From: Lama glama
Lineage: Eukaryota
Direction: 5' to 3'
Length of the DNA: 64,000 bases
Assembly: GCA_028534125.1 (NCBI GenBank)
Contig: CM052816.1
Location: forward strand, 20,214,001-20,278,000
Shown one piece after another: positions 49,274 to 61,435 of the stretch. The position numbers and the translations under genes were made by a program. Below the pieces are notes generated by a model that saw nothing but the letters and a program-made list of their open reading frames with translations, was not told where the DNA came from and searched no databases. The stretch's first letter is position 1. Every line of letters starts with the position of its first letter.

Positions 49274-50524
49274 ATGATCCAAACTCATTTTCTCTGAAAA
49301 GGGAGCAACTGAGAAAAGCTGAACATGTGATTGCCCCAGAGGGGCATTTGCAGTGATCGAAGTCTCCAGCTAAGTCATCACTGAGGCTCGTGCTAATGAC
49401 AACAGCAGCAACAGCAACAACAATAATACTAACAGCAATAACTGGCAAGTCAGATTTAGGCTGACTAAGGCAGGTGTCCACCCTCCCTTCTGGCCTGCCT
49501 CTTAGAGCGTGTATCAGGGCAGACTGCTCGTCAGTGAATCTCACTGACAGCGTACCCAGCGTGGGGCAAGGTCCTGACCCCTGGAGTTACGGCCGGTGGG
49601 GAGACTGGCGAGGACACAGGCCTCAGCACAGGGTGTGTGGAGTGTTGGGAGCAGTTGCACTGACCTAGCCAGGGTGATGGGCAAGGGAGCTGCAGGGACC
49701 CTGGAGCACTGAGCCAAGCCCCGAGCACGCCTACGGCTCTCCTTGGTGAGGGTCGACCCTGGGCACCCGCTCAGAGGCCTCCCCTCCTCGGGCTTGGTCA
49801 CACCACCTGGACCCGAGCATAGCCTCTCGAAGCAGCCAGGTGACAATTTTTTTTTAAATTAGAGAAATGATTCCAGTTTGGCCCAGATTTCCGGTGCTGA
49901 GAGAGCAGTGAGACATTTGCATGAAGGCCTTGGAGGTCTGGAGCTCTCTGCTGTCACTCATGGCTTTCCTTTTAATCACTATTTATTTTTAAATATCTGT
50001 CTAATGTATAATACAAGCTTCAGCTCTTGAGGCATCGCCTCCCCTTTCAGCTCTGTTTCTGAAATCCTATTTACGGAGGACAAATAGCTTTTGGGTACTA
50101 GAGTCTTTGCTTCTTCAAAGAAGCAGTTAGCGGGCTGTTTTCTCCTGATTCTGTCTGTCTGTGGTTGGGGCAACAAAGAGAGATTATTTTAATTCCATTT
50201 AAACTCTCTGGGGGTCTGGCTGTCGAGGGACGCAGCTGCTGCCTTTGTTGGCTTCCTTTCCTCATAAAACTGCAGGGTAGATTTCTTGGGGGTTGGGGAG
50301 AGGGTGAGGCGATGACACTGGCAGGCGGTCTGTCTCTGCCTACCGGCCTCCATCAAGGCCCAAGGAACTGGGCCCAGCATTTCCCTGAACTTCAAAGGCT
50401 CTCTCAGCACGATCTTTGCAGTAATGACTCAGGAGGGTGTTTGCTGAGTCTGTGAATATTTGCGCATGTGAGGGCCCCGGGCCATGAGATTGGCTGGATT
50501 TGTTAACAAGCATGCTTATTCTCT

Positions 50525-50730
50525 GAGCCAGAATTTATGGAGCCAACTGTGTACCAGTCACAGGCGGTACAGAGACGCCAAGTCACCTGTCAACCTTGTA
50601 GGGCGGCAAGTCCTGGGAAGGGGGAATACGGGTGCTGGGATTGCCCAGAGGAGAGGCACCTGACGCAGTTCGGGAAGGCTTCCTGGAGGACGTGATGTCT
50701 GGACTGAACTCTGAGGGATGAGAAGAGGTT
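50525..50730 (-). mobile_element. L2 fragment
   Basis: gggaaggcttcctggaggacgtgatgtctggactgaactctgagggatgag. Confidence 0.65.
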
Positions 50731-51439
50731 ATCCTTCAGGTACTTTCCAGCTTAGGGGTTTGCTGGGTTATGCTGTCAGGTCACCTCACCTGACTTTGCC
50801 TCTGGTACTTCCCCTTCTCCCTCAGTTTTATCATCTTAAATGTGGGGGACTGAGATTACATGTGACATTCAATGCTGTGTCAGCACAGGCCGGTTTTCCC
50901 GGCCCTATCCTTGGGCCTGGCTCTGCAGTCTGCAAAGTTCCCTCCCCCAGGATCTACAGTGCCCACCAGGGCCTGCCTGTCTAGTGACTGAGCTCTTGGA
51001 GCACAGGAAAAAGTCACAGCAAAGGATGTGAAGATGAACTCAACAGCAGGGTCCTTAAAATAGCTTCTCTGACACCCTGTGATGTGTGGGCTACAGTAAT
51101 TTCATCTGCTTGCATTTCCTCAATTCACAGTAACAGCAGAGTGCCTTTCCCAGATAGGGCCAGATTATTCACGATGGTTTTGAAGTCTGGATACTCAGCA
51201 CTGTACTGGACGTGGAACTAGACAGTGTCCAGTCGGGGCACTGGCTGCCTTCCCAGCCCCTGGGATGCTCTGTGTGAGCAGAGGTACTTTTGTTAGAGCT
51301 CTGGGGAGGGCTCAGGCCCCATCCTGGGGAACCCAGCATTGTTGCCTGGACAGTCTCCCCAGTTTTCTGTTCTGCAGAATCCCACATTGGCAAGTCTCAT
51401 GTTCTGGGAAGTGTCTGGCCTGGACTTTGGGTCTAGTGA

Positions 51440-51550
51440 TGGGAAGGCATTGCTGTCCCCATTTTATAGATGCGAGGGTGAGGTCCAGAGTTTATCTGAT
51501 TCTTTTTGGATCACACACTGAGTCAGAAGAGGGCTCAGTCTAGAAGCACT
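51440..51550 (-). mobile_element. MIR SINE fragment
   Basis: tgtccccattttatagatgcgagggtgaggtccagag..ggatcacacac. Confidence 0.6.
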
Positions 51551-52174
51551 TCTGTGCACTTCCTGTACTGTCCCAAGATGGGTCACCCCAGTGACTTGCT
51601 CTCCATCCTTCCCTCTCTCTCCTAGGCCCACCTAGGCCCAGGGGGAGCAGACATGAGTCATGGCAGCAAATGCTGATTTTAGAAGGAAGTTGGCCACAGC
51701 CATCGGCATGTCTGTGAGTGGCTGGCCATTAGCACCTCTTTCCTGGCAGCACCCTGTGTTCTTTAAAAGCCTTCTTCTTAGGTATTTACATTTTCCTTAT
51801 GTGTTCCTTTTCTCCTGGAGTGTCTTTCTCTTGAAAAATTAAAAAACTTCAACATTGAGAAATCTACCCCAACTGCTTTCAGGTGGAGGAGGGAAAGGGT
51901 TTGCTTCCACATGGGCTGGGAGAGTGGGGTAGGGGCAGGGAGGGGACCTTCCAGGGCAGGGGAACAACCTCCAGGCCTGGAGTTCCCTTCCTCAGGTGGG
52001 TAGCAGGATGGAAATCATAGGAGGCATTTACTGTCCCATCATCCCTTTCCCCTCTTCAGATCCTGGTTCATTTTCCAGGCCAGCTCCAGTGCCCCTTCTT
52101 CCAGGAAGCCTTCCTGACCACTCTCTCTTGCACTTACCTCTGCTAGATGCTTCCCTAGGTGATTTACCTGGATT

Positions 52175-52315
52175 CTCTCTTTAATCCTAATGATAGTTGT
52201 GAGTGAAATTATCATCATCATCATCATCGTCATCATCCACATTTCCAAATGAGGAGACAAAGGCTCAGAGAAGTTAAATGGCTTATTTAAGAGTATGTGG
52301 TTGACAAGTAGTAGT
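52175..52315 (-). mobile_element. MIR fragment containing an (ATC)n microsatellite at about 52210-52237
   Basis: atcatcatcatcatcatcgtcatcatc followed by catttccaaatgaggagacaaaggctcagagaagttaaatggctt. Confidence 0.75.
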
Positions 52316-52324
52316 GAAGAGAGT

Positions 52325-52697
52325 GCATCAGAAGTGATGCTACATTATCCCCAAGGCTAATTCATCAAAGGCTATGTAGCTCTGCCTTACTCTCAGGACC
52401 ACTCTTCTCCTGCAGCCGCCATCCTGTGGGGGAAGCCCAGGTTACGTAGAGAGGCCATCAGTGCCCCAGCTGAGGTTCTGACCGAGAGCCAGCCTGCAAC
52501 ACCAGGCAGGTGAGTAAGGAAGCCTTCAAGAATGGTGCTCACCACAGCCACCATCTGACTGTAACCACTTCAGAGACCCTGAAGGAGAACCCACAGATGA
52601 GCCCAGTCAGTGTCAAGGATCATGGGAGATGATCACAGTAAATGATTGTTATTTTATAGCATTAAGTTTAGGCGGCTTATTATGGATAACCAGAACA
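52325..52697 (+). mobile_element. MaLR LTR (MLT1H-like, 5' truncated)
   Basis: gcagccgccatcctgtgggggaagccc..gtgagtaaggaagccttc..ccatctgactgtaacc..gataaccagaaca. Confidence 0.75.
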
Positions 52698-53182
52698 CAG
52701 CTCATGTAGACAGCCAGCAATACCTCTTCCCTTCAGCCCCACCCCTGGGCTGGGTTTCCCACCCTCCTTGGTGCTCCTACAGTGGCTCTTGGGTGTCCAG
52801 ATCCTGGATGTCCAGATCCAGGGCAAGGAAGTGATAAATGGTTTGCTTAACTTGGTAACTGGGGGAAGGTGGGAGACAGAGGAGGAGAAGCTGAAAGAAG
52901 GTCTGAGGCAAGGCCTCCTTTCCACTGGGTGTGAATTCCCATCACTCAGTCAAGAGTCAACTTTTGGAAATTTCTTCCATGCTGTGCTCGCCAGTGAGGG
53001 GTTGCTCCTGTATTCCTCCATCCCTCCACCGTAGTCCTCACGCTGGCTGTTTTCTGACCTGCGTCTCCACTTGGCCAGACGTGGAGGCTTGGTTGGGGCC
53101 AGACCAGCAAACCCTCCAGGGTGTGCAGAGGAAGGGAAGTGGAGTTGCTCCCACTACCTATACACCAAGATAGACAGATGGG

Positions 53183-53660
53183 TGGTTTCAACACAGAATT
53201 CTCAGATGGGCCCCACGATTGCCATGCCTGGTGTCCGTGCTTGAGTACAAGAGGGACTGTAAGTACGACAGGGCAGCTCTCCAGTGATGAGAGCTTTGCC
53301 TGTTGGCTTTGAAGGAGTACGTTGCCACATTGTGGAGAGGACCTGGTGGCCAGGACCTAGGGCAGCCACTAGGGGCGAGCGTGCCCCTAGCTGATGGTCA
53401 GCAAGAAACGGGGACCTCTGTCCTACAAGTTCAAGGAACTGAATTCTGCCAACAACCTGAATGGGCTTGGAGCCGGATTCTTCCCCAGTCCAGCCTCCAG
53501 TGCAGTCCTGCTGACACCTTGATGTTCACCTTGTAAGACCCTGACCAGAGAGTCCAGCTGAGCTCTGTCTGACCTATAGAGCTGTGAGGCAATGAGTGGG
53601 TGTCGTTTTAAGCTGCTGTGTTTGTGGTGACATGTCATGCAGCAATAGGAAACAAATACA
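53183..53660 (+). mobile_element. MaLR solo LTR (MLT1E-like)
   Basis: cagaattctcagatgggcccc..cagcaagaaacggggacctc..caaggaactgaattctgccaacaacctgaatg..gcagcaataggaaacaaataca; apparent TSD ATGGG on both sides. Confidence 0.85.
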
Positions 53661-53859
53661 ATGGGGAGCACCTCTGTCTGAGTTCTGGGTGGCACCTGGG
53701 CCTCTGGTGGTCAGGGCCTGCAGGGGCTGGGCCGTGAGTGTGGCTTACTCGGTGGCTGTGGTGGCTCAGGTCCTGGTGGCCAGTTCTAGACCCCTGGGCC
53801 TCATGGCTCGCCTCCCCTAGAGCCCCCAATCACATGACGGCCCACTTCTATGGCCTGGC

Positions 53860-54090
53860 ACAGCCACATTTTATTGTCGAATTAGTAGGAATAACAGTGG
53901 CCTTTTAGTGGCTGGTTGGGAGCTGTATATTAGCGATTGTATTAATAAGTGCACGGTAACGGGAGACCAGTGAGAGTGAGAAAATGAGACATAGTATTTA
54001 TCCCCTGTGCAAAATCTTTTTTTATTATTAAAGGCACTGGGTTAACCGAGGATAGATTTAATGCCTGCTGGTAATTTTATTGGATCAGCA
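53860..54090. promoter_or_regulatory. Candidate conserved non-coding element
   Basis: TTTTATTG at 53869 and TTTTATTGG at 54075 (posterior HOX13/CDX-type) in an AT-rich unique block. Confidence 0.3.
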
Positions 54091-54974
54091 GCAGCTCAGG
54101 GTCCCACCACGGCCTGAGCTCTGGAACCCTCCTCATCCAGGGCCATTGGATTCTTTGGAGAAGCTTCAGGGCTTGAAGTTGCAAAGGTGAGCACTTTCTT
54201 GGGACTTGCCCTGTTCCTGCAGCTCCCTGCAGGCAGAAGCTGGGCAGGTGAGGGCAGGGCAAGTCCCTCACTCATTTGGAGCTGAGCGATAAGGTCAGGG
54301 TAGCTTCTGAGGAGTCTGGAGGGAGAGATTGCAGGCAAAGCATCAGAGCTGGTGCAGGCCCACCTTGACTCTCGGGGGAGCCTCCCAGCAGGGAGCCACA
54401 CAACTGTCCTGTCTTGCGTTGTGGGGGCAGCTAGCTCGTGCACCAAGCCCTATGCTCTGTCCCATCTGGTGCTAGCTGAGTCTGCTGCAGTGGTCCAGCC
54501 TAGGCGAGAGATGGGCATGCCTGGTGCTGGCCGGAGGAGCCCCTTGTGGGTGGAGCTTGGGGCTGTGGCTGCCTTGGTGCTCTGTGCAGTGGACCAGGCA
54601 AGGGGACTGTACTGAAGGCCCTTGCAAGTTCTTAGACCTTGGATCTTTTTAGAGGAAGGCTATAGGATAGATTATGAGACAGGAGAGAAAGGCACGGAAT
54701 CCAGAGATGCTGGCAGCCGAGAGGCCCAGCCAGGCCTGCTTCCTGTGGATGGATAAGCCCCTCACCCTGCTTTTCTTTTGCTTTAGACCAGCTCCCTTCA
54801 CTGCTTCTCTGTGGTTCTTTTTGGAAGGGTCAGTCCCTCCTTCCTACAGGAAGGGCCTTCAAGGACCCTCATCTGACCCTCTCTTTGCACCTTCTCCCTC
54901 CCCCACCAGCAGATGTTGGGGAGTTGAAGATGTGTGATGGCAGGTGAGGGCTCACGTGGCACAGGTGACAGGGA

Positions 54975-55240
54975 GTATGGCATAAGAGAAGAACGTGGGC
55001 TTTGGAGCCCAGCTGACCTGGCTTAATGCCCCAGCCCTGCCCTGTGCTGGTGGGGTGATGTTGCTCCTGGGCATGATGCTTACCCCTGAACCTTACTGCC
55101 CTCATCTGCCAGAGATGCCCATCATCTCCACCTCACAGGGGATGGTTGTAACAACCAAAAGAGAGAATGAATGTCTGGAAAGGGCTTTGTATGCTGTTTG
55201 GCACATAGTAGGTGCTCAGTATAGATCATATTATTACTTT
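54975..55240 (+). mobile_element. MIR SINE (full length)
   Basis: gtgggctttggagccc..cctcatctgccagagatg..cacctcacagggatggttgt..tggcacatagtaggtgctcagta. Confidence 0.8.
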
Positions 55241-55344
55241 TAGAAAAATTCAATCTCTTGTATTCTAAGAGAAACCTTCTGGCTGATATTGAGGTTAATT
55301 TACTCACTCATTTGTTTATTTATTTATTTGCCTTTTCAGATTGA

Positions 55345-55512
55345 TTTTTTAAAAAATTGAAGCATCCTCGGTTTACAATGTTGTGTTAATTTCTGGTGCA
55401 ATGCAGAGTCAATCAGTTATACATATATCTATTCCTTTTCATTATAGGCTATTACAAGGTGTTGAATACAGTTCTCTGTGCTGTACAATAGGACCTTGTT
55501 GTTTATCCACTT
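55345..55512 (-). mobile_element. Younger cetartiodactyl-type L1 3' end
   Basis: ttgaagc..tttacaatgttgtgttaatttctggtg..tcagttatacata..cattataggctattacaagg..gaatacagttctctgtgctgtacaataggaccttgttgtttatc. Confidence 0.85.
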
Positions 55513-56519
55513 ATCTGTTCTTTCTGCAAGTGTCTGGTGTTGGGTGTTGGTGTTACCGTGTGAGGCAAGTAGCAGGTAGTCAGTGAATACTGACTGAGTG
55601 GGTAATTATAGAGATTATAGACGAAGTTCTTCCTCTTGGGGAAGTTTGCCTGGGAAGGGATGGTGCTGGTGTTTAGAACCAGTGAGTGGAGATATTTTCT
55701 GGTTTTCCTTAGGTTGGTTGATCTTTCTTTGGTGCCTGGTGCCAAGGAAGGCTTGAAGATGCCTCCATTCCTGTGGGCCAGAGAAATGCCTCCTTCCTCT
55801 GTTGCCTGACATTCTTTTGCACGGGAACTCAGGGAGAGGTGATTGTGATTTTATCTTGCTTGGAAAAGTTAGTGCAGACCTCCTTGGCCCAGTGGCAAGG
55901 GGTCGGTGGAAACTTGTGGACACAGTCAGCATTTATTAGCCTCCTGTGGGTGCTGAGAGAGCTTCACTCCCTCTGCCCCACAACCATGCATTCCTTGGGC
56001 TCGATCCAGCCCAGAACAGACACAAAACTGCCCAGCAAGTGCTTCACTGGGAGTTGAGAAATGAGTAGTCATTTTGGGGAAATCTTTGTGTGCTGCTCTG
56101 GAAAGCTTGAGCTAGATTCCTGGGGTGTGGGGTGGAGAGAGGGGTCCCTTTCAGTCAGGTTGCAGGAAGTGATTCACTTCCCTACATTGGAGTTCTTTTT
56201 GGAGCACAGGTCCTTGCCTCCAGATTGTGCTCCCCAATCTCGAATCCTGTGTAGACTGCTAACCTGGCAGGGTTCTGGCTTGAATAGCCACCCTTGGAAG
56301 TAGTTGATAAAACAAATGTTGGCCCTACTGCCCCTAAACTTGAAGAGAGTAGATTGAAGTTGAGCGATGGTAGTTTGCTGGGCCCTGGAGCGTGTAGAGG
56401 GTCAAGGAGCTGGCAGCCTTTGGGGGCCACGGGACCTTTACTTTTAGAGGCTGATTATGCTGAGACCAGCAAGTGTGCATGACCCTGTGGTGGTTTAACC
56501 GTTCTTGGGCTGAAGACTG

Positions 56520-57580
56520 GAAAATCTGTGTGATTGTTTATTGCCTCCATTTTTTATTATCAGCAAAACTTTAATTACAGCTCTCACTAAACTACTACCT
56601 TCTGCCGGCATTTACAAGGCAATAAATTTCCCCTTCTCTCCTTACACAATCTGAACCTCCAATAGGGCAGTGCATATGCACTAGAAGATATTGATTCCCC
56701 AAAGAAATTATAACAGCATTTGTTCTCAAGTAAACACACAGAGAGGCTATTATAACACTGAGGAAGAGTCAATTGTCTTTGCTTTATTAAACAATGCAGC
56801 TCTCAATTGGAAGCACATCTAAATTATCAAGAGATTGGTAGAGCAGACAGGCAGCAATGCCTGGAATGAGGCTTCAAGTGGGAGAACTCTGTAATGCAGA
56901 GGTTAGAAGGAAGGCTTTGTCCTTATCTCCCTGTTTCTCACTCCCTCATCAAACCAAATTGCTCCTTCACCCCTCATCCCTGCAGTCCTTTAGCAGGGAA
57001 GGGGTATTGATTGTGGCTCTCAACTAGGGATTGGGCAGCTCACTGCAGGCTGGTGGAAACGAAGCTTACACAAGGCCGGCCAACTGGCTAATGGCCCCAT
57101 GTGTATTGGCAGACAGTAAACACAAGCCTTTTAAAAACTTCTCGTTGTGTTACTGGCAGGTGGAAAAGGTTGATGCATTTATCAGCCTAATTTGGAAAAC
57201 GGTCCACAGCCCATTTTTGCTTTGGAACACCCAGAAATGCATCCCACTGAGCAAAAGCGTGATCAGCCGTAACCTTGCTCCCACCAGGCAATGTGAGATG
57301 GAATATTTTATTATGAACAACTTGGTTCTACAGTCCCACAAGAACAAAGATGGAATAAAAAATCTGAGGATGTTGTGGGCAATGTTGATTTGTTCTATAC
57401 AATGTTTATGGGATGTTAATTGGCATCCTGTTAGTAAAAAGATAACTTTCTCCAAATCCACTTTCCATGATTAAATGAACTCATGAGACATGGGGGTGAA
57501 ACAAAGTTAAACAGATTTCTTTGCTGCAGGACTTTTCAGAGGCTGTGTGTTAATATGCATTATGAATTTGGAAGAGGAGG
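56520..57580. promoter_or_regulatory. Largest candidate conserved non-coding block (two sub-blocks, about 56520-56860 and 57000-57580)
   Basis: About 1 kb repeat-free and AT-rich; TATTGATT at 56689 and 57005; GTAAACA at 56730 and 57116; palindrome AGTGCATATGCACT at 56669. Confidence 0.45.
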
Positions 57581-58069
57581 AAATATAAAGAAAATAAAGT
57601 TCTGTAAATTTTTTAAAAAACAGAATTCACATCTTGTAGGACCAGAGTTTTTACAGAATAGTCTTTGGGAATAAAACAAAGGTAGACTAGACTATGAGAA
57701 ATGGTCCAGATTTTCTTTGCTGTGTTGGGCTTAGAGAAAACAGCTTTAGGAGTGAGTCTGAGTAGGTAGTGGGAGAGTCAGGCTATGACAGTCAGAGTAG
57801 CCAAAGCCTTGCCGAGATGGTGCCTGAACTCTCACTCGGCCTCTGGAAAGATTTACCCAGTATTGATGTGACAGGTGCTGCCTGCCTGGAAGGTGGGTTC
57901 GTCTGAGCTAAGAGAATAGCTCCAGAAGTATCTTTCACCAAAACATAGTCATAGCAGTCTTAGCTCAATTAAAGAAAACCCCAAGTTAAGGAGAAGGGAA
58001 TTTCTGTGCATGGAGGTAACATTCTAGCTTATTTCAGGCCAAACTGCTGTCAAGAACAATTAGAAAAGG

Positions 58070-58702
58070 TGTTGCAGATTACATTTTCCATATTGCTGCA
58101 ACGCTATCTATTCCATACCACACACCCATGCATGTCATGTCTTCTTATAACACGGCATTGACAGTCCTGCATTGAGAGGTAGATTTTGTGTTTCTTCCCA
58201 TGAACATGGATGGACTTTTGGAGTAGTCTTGACTAACAGAATGTGGCAGAAGTGAAGTTGCTTGACTTCCAAACCTATGTCATAAAAGCTTCCACTTGCT
58301 TCTCCTTTTCTCTACTGGGATACATGCCTTGGGAGCCCTGAGCCAACCTATAAGAAGTGCAACTAACCTGAAGCCTCCATGTTGTAACAGCAACATGGAG
58401 AGATTATGAAGACATAGTGAGATGCCTGGGGAGCTCAATTCACAGTGATTTGAGTCTACCCAGACCAGGTACCAGATCTGTGAGTAAAGAAACATTTGAG
58501 TTGATCCCAGCCAAATCCACCATCTGATTGCAACCTTATGAGAGATCCCAGGCCAGGATCACCCAGCTGAACTACTCCTGAATTCCTGATTATAGTAACC
58601 ATGAAAGGTAAAAAGTGACAGATATTGTTCAAAACCACAGTTTTGGCTTTTTGGGGAAAGTTTTGGGGAAATTTGGTGTGCAGCCATAATAACTAGGAAG
58701 CA
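58070..58702 (+). mobile_element. MaLR solo LTR (MLT1G-like)
   Basis: tgttgcagattacattttcca..gactaacagaatgtggcagaagtga..ggagccctgagcca..ccatctgattgcaacc..gcagccataataactagga. Confidence 0.8.
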
Positions 58703-59930
58703 GATCCACAAAATTCATAAAACATGTTGAAATCTTTGGAAAGCTATCAAAATAACAAAAGCTTGGCTCAGGGGCCAGGATTCTTGAACGAAGGGAACTC
58801 TCAAGAGGAGAGCCAGCCACTTTCACCCTCAAGTTAATTGTGGACTCAAATGCAATAGCTGAGAGGCTGAGCAGAAGGTGGCTGCTAAATGGCTGAGAAA
58901 TTGATCGCAGCTTTTGGCATTTTCATGGGGCTTTGGGGTAAAATTGGGGTTCAGATCCTGCCAAGTAGAAGGGGCCCTGGTAAACACCCCAGACTTTCAG
59001 CTGCAACTCCTAAGAGTAAAGTTGAACTTGAAATAGAATAGCCCTTGTAAAAGCTGAAGACTGCCTTGAAGTCAGCTCAACCACTACTGGGTTAAATTTA
59101 TCTATCTCTACCCTTTCTGCCACCAGAAACAAAAATCCTCTCTTAGGCAAGGCAGCATTATCCAGAAACTGACATTATTTATATAATATCTGGAATTCAT
59201 TAGAAATAGCTAGGTGTACACAAGGTAACAAGTGATTGAAAGCCAAGGGAAAATACATAATAGTATAGACTTAAAGGAAGTTTGGCAACTGGAATTATTG
59301 GACATGGACTTTAAGCCAACTGAGATTACCATACTCAAGAATCTGAACAGCAACACAGAGACTTTCTGTGGAGAATTGGAAACTATAAAATAATCATATG
59401 GAAATTTGAGAATTGAGAACTCAATCACTGAGAAATCAATAACTGAGACTTCAATAGAAGGACTGAACTGCCTGTTAGACACAGTGGAAGAGCAGACTGG
59501 TGAACTAGAAGAAAGATACTTGGAAAATTTTCAGTTTGAAGGACAGATGAAAAAAATGAAAGAAAATACAGAAAAAGCATAAGACACATGGGACATAAGG
59601 AAATGGTCTAACATGTACAATTTGAATCCCAGAAAGAGGAAGGGGAGGAGTAGAATCAATATTTGAATAGACAATGGCCAAGGATTTCCCAAACTGGCAA
59701 AAACATCAAGAAGCACCATGAACCCTAAGTAGAATAAATTAAAAGGAATATACCTAGACACATCACAGTAAAACTGCTGGAAATAAAAAGAAAAGATCTT
59801 AAAAGATTCAGAGGAAAAAAGGACTCATTACCTTCTAAGAGCAGTGCTGAGCATGATACTGACTTCCAAGGAAACAGTGGAAACTTGAAGACAATGGAAT
59901 GACATTATTAATGGTGAAAGAAAGTAACCT
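58703..59930 (+). mobile_element. Old L1ME 5' end / decayed ORF1
   Basis: ORF1-like A-rich tract (ttagacacagtggaagagcagactggtgaactagaaga; acctagacacatcacagtaaaactgctg; gaagacaatggaatgacatt) with many stops; probably begins just left of the MLT1G insertion. Confidence 0.8.
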
Positions 59931-59931
59931 C

Positions 59932-60250
59932 TCTGTTAGTCAGCTTAGGCTGCTACAACAAAAATACCATAAGTTTAAACAGCAGACATTTATTTCTCAC
60001 AGTTTGAGGCAGGGAAGTCCAAGATGAGGATGCTGGAAGATATGGTTCCTGGTTAGGACTCTCTTCCTGACTTGCACATGGCTGCCTCCTTGCTGTGTCC
60101 TCACATGGCAGAGAGAGAAGGAGCCCTGGTCTCTTTTCCTCTTCCTATAAAGACATTTCTCCTATCATGGGCCTTATCCACATGATCTCATCTAAATCTA
60201 AAGACCTTCCAAAAGACCTCACTTCCAGCCGTTACACTGGTATATGATTG
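59932..60250 (-). mobile_element. MaLR LTR (MLT1A-like)
   Basis: tgttagtcagcttaggctgctacaacaaaaatacca..catttatttctcacagt..ttgctgtgtcctcacatggcagagagag. Confidence 0.85.
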
Positions 60251-60479
60251 TGTCAAAGGTGTGTCCCTCCTCATCATGGAGTCCTGAGCTCAAATGTGCC
60301 CACCTGCCTCTTCCAGGCAGCCTGTTCTTGCAGGCTGTGGTGATATGGACCATTGAGGTGGTATCTCTTTTTGGAAGGAGGGTAAGGGAGGCTGGTCTAG
60401 GTGATTTTTATTTAGTACTGAGAACAAACCTACCTGAGCCATCTGGATCCTTTTCAGTTTATTTCTTTATTTTTTAAAA

Positions 60480-61435
60480 GTTGCTTTCCTTTTATTATTT
60501 TTTTCATAAATAATTTATATTCCATATGGAATAACCAGAAAAAAAGTGACAAGCAAGAAGAAAAATAATCACTCATAATTCTGCCTCTAGTGATAATTTA
60601 ATTTTTATTTCATTTCCTTCTAGTCTTTTCCTTATTTTCCAGAACAGACTTTAACTACTTATTATTTGATTGCTTACTTTTTAAAACTTTTCAATTGTAT
60701 CAAGAATGCCTTTTAAAGTCAATAAATACAGGGTTATAGTTTTTATTTTTAGTACCATTTAATTTTTTCTCCTAATTTGATAATAATATAGAAAATACAA
60801 AAAAGGGGAAATTAAGAAAATTAACATCTCTAGAGATGATTACTTCTACTTTTGGTAAAAACTTTTCAGATTTTTTTCCATGTATGTATATAATTTCTAC
60901 TTTTTTTTCCTTCTAAAACAAAATTAGGCTCATATTATACATGGCAACATTACTTTTAATGGCTGGATTGTAGCCCACTGTATCAGTGTGACTTTTTTTA
61001 TTTATATAGTTTCTTACCTTTGGTCATTTACATTTTTCTAATTTTTTTTTTTGCTATTGAAAACAATGCTGCATTGATCAGTTGGGTAATCTATATCTTG
61101 TGACACTTATCTAGTTTTTTTAGAAAAAATTTTTGAAGTTTAACTGCTTGGTCAAAAGGTATGCCCATGCTTATGCTTGTCAATTCATATTGCCACATTG
61201 CCTTCCAGAAAAGTCATGCCAACTTACATTTCCATCAGCACAGGGCCTCTTTACCCCCTGATCTTACCCTAATCCATGTGGGACATGATCTTTCTAATGA
61301 ACCTTTGCAAATCCAGTAGGTGGAAAATGGTATCTTGATCTTTAAATTGGCATTACTTTGATTTCTGAGGAGGCTGAACATTTTCTTACATGTTCATTGT
61401 CCATTTGTATTTCATTCTCTGTTAATTTCCTTGCC
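60480..61435 (-). mobile_element. L1ME 3' fragments
   Basis: ttgctattgaaaacaatgctgc..tgcttggtcaaaaggtatg..atattgccacattgccttccagaaaag..aaaatggtatct..gaggctgaacattttc. Confidence 0.75.

Noticed and set aside
49500..49830. Locally CpG-richer patch (similar one at about 41300-41530)
   Set aside because: Too short and too sparse in CpG to call a CpG island or promoter
57031..57474. 147-aa ORF within the candidate conserved block
   Set aside because: TTG start, no recognisable protein features or splice structure; the block is better explained as regulatory
59210..59930. Possible coding L1 ORF1
   Set aside because: Many stops and frameshifts; a decayed fossil. The listed ORFs here are antisense artefacts
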